Below, one piece after another: positions 1-9,179 of a DNA stretch of 64,000 nucleotides; within the stretch, counting starts at the first letter, position 1, and each line of letters starts with the position of its first letter. The translations under genes and the position numbers were made by a program. The notes under the pieces were generated by a model, which saw only the letters and a program-made list of their open reading frames with translations, was not told where the DNA came from and did no database searches. The stretch covers positions 1,493,955-1,557,954 of the forward strand of contig NW_003314275.1 in the NCBI RefSeq assembly GCF_000143415.4, in the 5' to 3' direction. Source of the DNA: Selaginella moellendorffii. Taxonomy: Eukaryota > Plantae > Lycopodiophyta.

Positions 1-2508
1 TTGCGCTTGCAGGGGTTAAATTTCCGATGCTGCTGCGGTTATCGCCATCGCCACTGCATCTCCATCGCTTTGCTGTTCTCCTGCTGCTATGGACATCCAT
101 CCACGAATGCCCAGCCCAGCAAGCCTACATCGAATCCGACCAAGAGGGCTATAGCCTATAGGAGCTGTGTGCGTACCAAGCTTTACAGGGTGACACTCTC
201 CAGTGGGTCAGCCTCCACTTTAAATTGAGCGTGGAGTAGCTCACTAAGGCCTCGCAAATTGCCCAGTCCGCAACATTTGAATTGTAATTTTTGCCCTAAA
301 ATGGAAATTAGGATTCCAGTGATTTCAGATATTTGATTCTAGCAATTCTAGTGATTCTGGCACAATTGAGCAATGGCGCTTAATTGGGCATGGTCCCATG
401 TTACCAAGCTCACTCCTTATGCTTCTGGCAAAGGAGTTGGGTGTTAGAAATGTAATTATTGTGGAAAAATGTATGGCAATCTATCGAAATGAATTAAAGT
501 GCATCTTGCTAAAATTTCTGGGCATGATATTGAAACATGATTTCAAACATTCTTCTTCTTGTTCAGAACCAAGCTTGCTAAATGTTTATGGAACAAATTG
601 CAAATGCCCCTTTCTCTTTACCTTTTACAAAGAAAATGAGTAATAGTTGGTTTAATTTGGTCTAATGCTTTAGTTTGGTTTAATGCTTTAGTTTTTCTAC
701 TTTTATTAGTGTGGTTTTACTAAAAATGTTTTTTTTATCAAATTTTTTTTTGTGAACCATTTGTCCATTTAGCATTTTCACAGCTGGTCAATAACCACGG
801 TCAGCTGGTTGACCAGTTCGCATTCAGTATTTGGAATGGTTGGGACCAACTTTGATACCAGCTGCGAGAACAGGGCACTAATGCATTAGGATGCAAGATT
901 CGCTCGTCGAGGGAAAGATTCATTCCCCCTATGATAAACCCTGGGCTTGGTTCGATTTTGATCACTTAATTACTTTGGTTTAATTGCTTTATTTGCCTTT
1001 GTTTTTTTTTTTTCCTTTTCTTGTTCTCTTTCTTTAATTTATGAATTTCTTTTCAGAAATTCTCCATCTCTATATTTTGAGTAATGTGTTGTGGAAGAGC
1101 ATTTAGCCTAAAATCTTCCTCTTTTGACTCAATTTTAGCTTTTTTTATAACATTTTTAGTAAGAGTTTCATCCTCTTGATTTGCTCACCTAGAGGTTTTA
1201 ACATTATCAACACGGTTTTTATTTGCTATCTCACTAATTGCATGCATATCTTTATCAATAAACAAACATGCATAAAACATTCTTATTGAATGGTGCAATT
1301 TAGTTAATCTTATATAAGTCAATTTAGATCTTCTAGCAAAGTCTTTACATGTACAATTAGAATTAGAAATTCTGATAAAAGTTGGATAAGAATCACTAAG
1401 ATAATTCCTTTGATACCAAATGTAATACATCTTAATTTGGAGTTGAACTCCAAACTTGTTTGCTATGAAATAAAAGTCTAATATACACTCAAATCCCCTA
1501 TGAGCACCAACTCCTCATATCTAACTTTTACATGCAAAACAGTGTCTTGGCATGATTTTAGTATATCAGTGGTTTAATGCGAGGAGGTGGGTACCTCACC
1601 AATTAGAGCAATATGGAACTTAAACTTAAACCCAAGTTAAATGCAAAACAAAGTAACTTTCCATTCTTTTGACCACTATCTCTATTATATATTTAGAGTT
1701 TCCCATATATGTGTAGTGCATATGAATTTGGAGCTAAACTCCAAGCCCGTTGCACTACGAAATGAGGGTCCAATACAATCCCACGAGCACCAACTCCCCA
1801 TATCCAGCACCTACAATGCAAAATGATGTCAGATAGAGTCTGGCACAATTTTGGCATACCAGTGGCCTAATGCAAGGAGAAGGGCACCCCATCAACTAGA
1901 GCAACGTGGAGCTTGGGCTTAGACCCAAGGCAGCCACAGAACAAGGAGCGACATAGCCAAACGAAAGCTAAACTAATGTTTCAGGTGGTCGAATATACAT
2001 TCCAACCACTATCTCTACTATATATTTGGAACCCCCTATACCCCCCCCTCCTTGAGGAACACACGCTTTGGGCTTTCACTCTAAGCCACTCTTAGTACCA
2101 GGAGTTAGTCTCTAGGACAAACTCGAAACTTACTAAATATGGAATGTCCTTAGATTACAAATTTAGACACGGGATGAACACCATTGTGTTCAAGCCAATC
2201 TCTACATTTCGTAGATATGCCAAATGAGCAAATCTAGACACTTTCCATAAATAGTATTTGGGATTAAAATAAGACTAACACAAAGGGTATGATAGCGAGG
2301 GTATTTAGTAGACACAGTAAGCTATCATCTAGTGATATTGAGGGACTAGTCTCAATACGCGAGGGTTTTTGTCACTAACCAGTGTAAGACATAAGGAAAC
2401 GGGAACTCCTTACTGGGCTAAGTATGCTTAGCTAATAGCACGTAAGAATTCCGTCCTTATGCTCGTCCGGTCTAAGTACACTAAAAATGCCCAATTAACT
2501 CCACTAGC

Positions 2509-3504
2509 TGTCACAAATGTGACTTCGGGTATCAAAAGTTACTTGTCAGCCAGTCCTTACGGACACTCTTTCCTTACTATCACGATGGCAGGAGGTCGGT
2601 ATTGCTAGTTCCCTTTATTAGCCCCTCTTGTTCAAGTGTTAGTAAACTGAACTTTGCATCTGTACTTGCCCAGACGAGCATAAGGAAGGAATTCTTAACT
2701 GTCTATTTAGCCAAGCATGGCTTGTTAGTTCTTTTTTGCTCTGTTTTGCACTGGCTTGACAAGAACCCTCATGTATTAAGATTGGTCCCTCAATATCGTT
2801 GGATGATAGCTTACCGTGTCTACCAAACACCTTTGCTATCATGCCCTTTCTGTTAATCTCATTTCGGTCCCAAATACTATTTATGGAAAGTGTCTAGATT
2901 CGCTCATTTGGCACATCTACGGAATGTTGAACACAATGGTGTTTGTCCCATGTCCAAATTCACAATTTAGCATTTAGGGGGGGGGGGGGCTGTAGTGGGT
3001 AGGTTGGGCATGGCCGACCAACTTGAGGCAGAGGGTAACTCCCACTTATGTGCTTGTCCTTGTTCTGCGTCTGGCTTGGGTCTAAGCCCAAGTTCCATTT
3101 CATGCTAGCTGGTGGAGTACCCATATCCTCACGTTAGGCCACTAGTATGCTGAAATAGCGCCAAACTTCGTTTGGCTCTGTTTTGCATGCTAGTCCTAGC
3201 ATTAGGATGTTGGATGCTCTAGGAATGTTCCAAGTCATTCCGTGCTTCTATTCCTTCGCTCCTTGGGCTATATGCTCGGGAGTTGTTTTGTGCCCCAATG
3301 CCATCGCCTCTTAGCTCCATGCTTGGGAGTTTGGCACTGTTTCTTTGTTCAGTGGCCTAAGGCCCTGAAACTCGGGTTCCACACCACGTTCCTTTGGACA
3401 CATGGCATCTGTCACGTGGCACAAAGAGGGTTTAGGTTCCGCTTCGTGGTGTTATTCTATGGTAAATTACCATAGGATAAAGGGTAAAAACCACGTGTGC
3501 TACA
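2509..3504 (+). repeat. 5' LTR of element C
   Basis: tgtcacaaat...gtgctaca. Direct repeat of 15668-16794 apart from an internal deletion near 2970. Confidence 0.88.
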
Positions 3505-6500
3505 TTTGGTATCAGAGGGTGAGGCTTGGTGAGTACTATCCAATGAGATTGGGCAATTAGTCTCATTGCATACGCAGAGATGAAAACGATGATCCGAGTG
3601 GGTACACGTTTGGGTGCAAAGACTTCGCAATTGTTCCTTAGACTCATAGGATGGTTTGAGATGTTCTGTTTGCACAAGTTTGTGCTTGGGCTCATGAGTG
3701 AGGCGCATTAGCAACTCAAGGTTACACTTTGAGTTGGCAGGATTAATGTTAGCCTATTGGTGGTTCCATGAGTTGTTCCAGTGGATCTGTGAGTTGTTCC
3801 ATGTACCATGGGTGAAAGTAAACCTTCCCTGGGTTTGCTATGAGTGGCAAATAGGCTGGTCCGTAGTTGTTTAGCATGGCACTAGTGGATCCTTCCTAGG
3901 CATGATTACAAGTGGATCAATCAAGACTATAGGGATGAGTCTATTGATTCAAGTAATCATTGCCGTGCTCTCTTATAAACTTTTCTTGGATTGAACTGAA
4001 GGCAGTGCGAACGCAAGCTTGAGGTTTAGTCAAAGATGAGACCAAAAAGAGAGTAATCGGGGACAAAGGATCAAACACGTAAATCATCTTTTCTTCATGG
4101 AGAAATGATTTGCAACGAGGTGTTGACTCATTGCTCGTGTTCACATTATGCAATCAAAAGTCCTTACCTTGATGCATGTTGAAAATGATAGTCTTACAAA
4201 TGGTGAATCATGGGATGGATAGTAGTGAAATGCTATACCATTTTGTCTAGACTTGCTATTGGAAGACTGGAGTTGCAATGCTCAATTCTTTTCCGAGGAA
4301 TCTTGTTATTGCTCCTTGAATAGCTTGGTGTTGGATTAATGTTGAGTTTAGTCGGAAAGAGAGTGGCATAAACTTGACCGTGTTGTGAACAAAAGTTAGT
4401 GGTGTTCGGTGTTGTAAGTCTCTATAGTTGGAGTGTGGCATTTATGTTGCATTTTGTCGAATCGAATTGACACTTGATACTCACATAAACTTTTGAAGTA
4501 ATGACATTGGCATTGCTCGTGGTGTTGCTTAATTGATGATCAAGTCATTGTGATTTCTATATCATATCCATGTGATAATGAGCAAAGTGTTTATGAAGTT
4601 GCTTAGTTAAATGATGATCAACCCCAAAATAGTTGATGGTGAAGTTAGTTTACTTGCACGTAGTAGCATTGTAGTAGCTTTAACTAGATTTTCGATAGTG
4701 ATCCATTATGCTAAGCTTAAGTCGGTTCCTTAGTTCTTTGAGTTTGCCCATAAGGTGTTGGAAAAGGTTATAGCATTCATTTGCTATAACTCATTGGTTG
4801 ATCTGTTAGCATTTAGAGTAGATTGTTGGATGGAGAAAATGTGTAGTTGAGGCATTAACATCACTAGCATTAGTTGAGTCTTGAAAGTTTGTACTCCTAG
4901 ACTGAGAGTCATTCTTTCTCTATGATGGAAAATTTTCCACAAATTTTCTTAAGTTTTTCCAATGGTTGATTTGTTGATCACTTTGCTCGAAAACCATTCT
5001 ATTTTCATAAGCCAATACAAACTAATGAAAGGGTTGGAGTTGACTTCAGTTAGCTTAGATTTTAGTAAGTAGTTTGTATGATGTGGCCCGAAAGGGATAT
5101 TGACTTTTGGAGCTAAAGCAATTGAGTTCGATAGAGTCTGGAGTTGGTGTAGAAAAGTGGCTATTACGCTTTTCTAGAAAGGTGACCCTTGTGCCTTTTT
5201 TCTGTAGCGTTATGTTTGGTGGCAAGTTGCACCTTGCATTTCGTTAAACTCTATAAGAGTAATGAACTCTCATTGATCTTGATTTGGTCTTGGTAGTCCT
5301 GTGCCTTGGCTGAGGATGGTGATGTTCAATTTAGTTATTGAGTTTAAGATGTTGGAACCCATACTATAGCTTTGTCTATGAGGAGGTTGTGTACCAATAT
5401 GAGTCCATCTCATGGTTTTCACTTTAGTTTTGACTAAGTGTTGATCATGCATAGCTAGCCTCTTCAAGGCATACTCAGAGTTGTTGGCTAAACGCATTAG
5501 TGAGCTTATTGTGGTTGAGTTGGATTCGAATGGTCATTTAGTTCATACTTGTCCATGAACCTTTATCTTATATTTGAGGTATTATGTTCATGTTGGACAA
5601 GTATATGACTCGATGATATGAGTTTAGTGATGGGTCTTATGAAGGCAAGTTGAAGGGTGATTATTCGTTGCTTTGCGACTAGTGATTACTTGTAGACTTT
5701 GCTAAGGACTGTTGGCATTTGCTTCACTCGATGATGATTTAGTAGTGATGGGTTTGCTTTACCAGATGGTGTTGCGGAGGATCATGTCGTTAGAATTACA
5801 CAGGTTTCCATGTTGGTATATTGACTCTACCTTTGTTGATATCATTTGGTTGCGTTTAATTCATGGTGTTGGATTTCATTGAGTCTTGGATATGGTGAAT
5901 CACTCCTGTGTTATCTATACCTAAGTATTATTGAAGGATTGGTCTCGGATACTAAGTATAGTATCTTTGACTTTGGTTAATCTGGTAGTTAGAGAGTTTT
6001 GAGTGGTGATTGACTTTTGCTTTCTTTTAGCTTTGTTCTAGTGTTAATGGCATTGAAGTGATGCCTTGTCATTGATATTGTTGTTGTTGAGATTCGAGTG
6101 AGATGAGATGTCTATCCTTAGGATTGATATTGAGTTTCATTAGTCTTGATAAAATCGTGTTGATGATTTGGTTGTAGCTTTGTGTTGTTAACATTCATGC
6201 ATTTGCTAGTTAGCAACTGTGTTGATGTTCAAACGAGCTAAATAACAAGTTTGAGTTAGTGGTGTTCTAGACGAGATTGTTTAGTAGAGGTTGAGCTTTG
6301 GCTTTTCCTTGATAAGTGATTCAGTTATGGACTATGCTAGCTTTACAAGATAAAGAGTTAGTGATCGATATTAGAATATTTGAGTCCTTGCTGGATTTGA
6401 GTTGGGATATATTGATCATTAATGATTTTTTTTGTGTTTGTTATGAAGTGAGTTACGTCTTGCTATAGCTGGATTCATGGAGGATTTGTTTAGTGATCAC

Positions 6501-7627
6501 TTGTTGGGCATAGCTCCATTGTGCTTAGCTTTTGGATTGATGCAGATATGCTCTTCATTAACTTTGGCATTATGAAGTTTGGTTTATGGATGTGTTGAGG
6601 AAGATGTTGTGGGTTGTACCATGATTTCTTCTTTAGTATTGAAATTAATTCATGCGAAACTTGTGATCATTATTAGGCAAGACTTGGCTATAAGCTTCTT
6701 CAAGCTTTTGGTTCTCTGAGTTTTTATGCTCATTGTTCCATTTGTTAGAAGTTGTTGGGGAAGGCATTTTGGTTTGTTAACTTCGATGTTGAAGTTAGTA
6801 TTTGCATTTAGTAATCATTGGTGATGATTGATTATCATCTAAGATAGTTAATTGTCCTTATCAAAAGGTTTTGCTTGATTATTGTTGGTATAAAATGATT
6901 TGCCATTCTTCAGGATGGTAGATTCTTTTTTCGATAATGATTATGCATCTTTTCATTGATGGGATGATTAATGTTCTTTCATGATAGTTAGTTGTTCTCT
7001 TTGATGGCTTTTGGCTTTTTGCAATACTACATGTTCTTTGTGGTTTGCTCTGGATTGGTTCCTTGGTTTGAAACATCAATAGGATATTGCTGACACTTGC
7101 TTAAGTAACTTGAGTTCCTTTGTATTGTGACTGGGATTTATTCAAATTGGCTAGTGCAATAATTAGTATAACGCTATGTTTGTTGGTCTTGCCGTATTCA
7201 TTCTATTCTGTTGATTATTGCTGGAGTTAGTTCTGATAGGTTGGGATGTTATTTCCTTCGGGTGATACATTCGCGAGCATTATACTTGTCAGTCAATGAT
7301 ACTTTGTGTTCTTTGAGTTATCTTTAGTAAGTTGTTTGGCATACTATATACCATCTTCAGTAGTTAAGTTTTATCATTAAGTTTCCTTGATGATATCTTT
7401 ACTATTGAATTTTGTTGGATAGTGATTCCTATGTTTACCAATAATGATGATCTTGGTGGTTCATATACTTTACTACTGGTTTATCGGATGATAACTTGTT
7501 TTGGAATACTTTTGTGTTTTAAGCTACGATTTCATCACTAACAATTAAGTCTCTAAGATATCATTGTCTATAACTTTGAAGGTGATGTGACCAATTGATA
7601 GTAACTACCCCATGACTAGAGATTTCA

Positions 7628-8775
7628 TGTAAGCCACAAATTTTTCCTTTCCAATTTGCCAGCTTACCTCGTCTATCCGTCCAACACTGCCTTGGCTTTT
7701 GCTAAGTTCCCTTGCCAAGGTTCTCGCCTATGGTACCAGCTCCTACTTGGTTTCAGCTACTCACTGCACGAGCAACGGAGAGTTAGCCATCCTTCCACGG
7801 ATTCCCAAATCACTCCCAATCCCCCTCCCCGGGTTAGACTGGACTTAAGGTTCGGCTACACTCCCCGCAAGCGCAAGCAGCCAAGCACACCAAGCTTCCA
7901 GATTCCTAACATCCCTTGGTACCACAAGACTTGATCATGGGACCCTCTAAATCCCAAGTCTTGAGTGCAACACTTGCTTCGGGACGCCGGGGCGAAACAC
8001 CGTGGCCTAACGGCCCGGTATGGGTACCCCTCGCCCCCCACATCCATCCCGAAGGAAGGCCCAAGCCCCTAGGAAGGGCGAGGACCAATGAGCCGCATGG
8101 TACTCAAGTGGGGCACCACTCCACATGAGCCGGGAGCACCGCAATCGGTTTCCCTTTCGGGAGTGGGAGCTGCTCTTGAGCACTTCCTTGGATGGCCCCT
8201 CCGGCACCAGCCAAGTCCATGCTCACTCCCACCCAAGGCCCCTTGGTCCCAGTCCCAACCTCAAGTCGGTTTGGAAGCCCAACTGGAGAGTCCCTTCAAA
8301 ACTAGTTCCTGGACCTCACTATCCCTACTATACTTTTGGAACCCCCCGCAGCCCCCCCCCCCTGGGGGACGCACGCTTTGGGCTTTCACCCCTTGACCCG
8401 TATTAGTATTTGGACTTAGTCTCTGGCTCGATCTCGGATCCGATTTCGGATCCGACTTCGGATTCGGTCTCGGACTCGATCGCGGACTCGATCTCGGACC
8501 CGATCTCAGGCCCGACCTCGGACTCGACTTCGGACTCGGTCTCGGACCCAATTTCGGATCTCGGACTCCGTCTTGAACTCGGTCTCGAACTCGGACTCGA
8601 ACTCGGTCCCCGAGTCGGTCTTGGACTCGATTCCGGACTCTATCTCGAACTCGGTCCTAGAGTCGGTCTTGGACTCGATCTTTGACTTGGTCCCATCCGA
8701 TGAACTCTTTGTCATTTTGGTCATGCTTTCGGGGTTCCCTTAGCCTACGACACCTCGGCGAGTTGGTTCCTTACA
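7628..8775 (-). repeat. 3' LTR of element A
   Basis: Repeat of 14012-15159 at offset 6384; the translated ORF tracks of the two copies are identical. Confidence 0.97.
8410..8682. repeat. CG-rich degenerate 6/12-mer tandem array in U3 of the A LTR (second copy 14794-15066)
   Basis: Repeated tcggac / ctcgaa / tcggtc units. Confidence 0.85.
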
Positions 8776-8787
8776 ACTCCACCACCC
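8776..8787 (-). other. Polypurine-tract position (GGGTGGTGGAGT) of element A
   Basis: Abuts the 3' LTR; an identical 12-mer abuts the B 3' LTR at 20161-20172. Confidence 0.8.
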
Positions 8788-8789
8788 AT

Positions 8790-9095
8790 AGAAGAAGTTC
8801 GATGCCCACATCGAACGTCTCTTTTTTATCCTACGACTTGTTGACCATGTCTCCGGGGGCATCCCCCCACTTAGCGGTGTGCCTAAGTTAGCCTCCCCGG
8901 CCAAGAGCTCATGACAACGGAATATAGGTGTCCCTATACTCCACCCCTCACCACGCCCTAGTATGGGGTCGGGACTTGAACCCAGCCTTGCTTTACTAGG
9001 GGGTTGGGACTCAAACCCAACCTCCGTAGAATACGTCTACGGATTCGACATCCCCGCAGGGAGTCGGGCGTAGCTCCCTACGCCTGGTCGACCTA
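8790..9095 (-). other. Conserved multi-hairpin cis-element in the 3' non-coding region of element A
   Basis: About nine consecutive stems, with a homologue showing compensatory changes in element B (21355-21785 and 20181-20202). Confidence 0.7.
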
Positions 9096-9179
9096 GCTAA
9101 CCCATGCTAATTAGCTCACCTTTGGCGCGCCTTCGGGTCCCAACATATGCCACTTGCTCAACTTTGCAAATTGATATTT

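Noticed and set aside
8790-9095. Hammerhead ribozyme (retrozyme) or complete tRNA in the hairpin module
   Set aside because: No CUGANGA/GAAA core on either strand and no cloverleaf.
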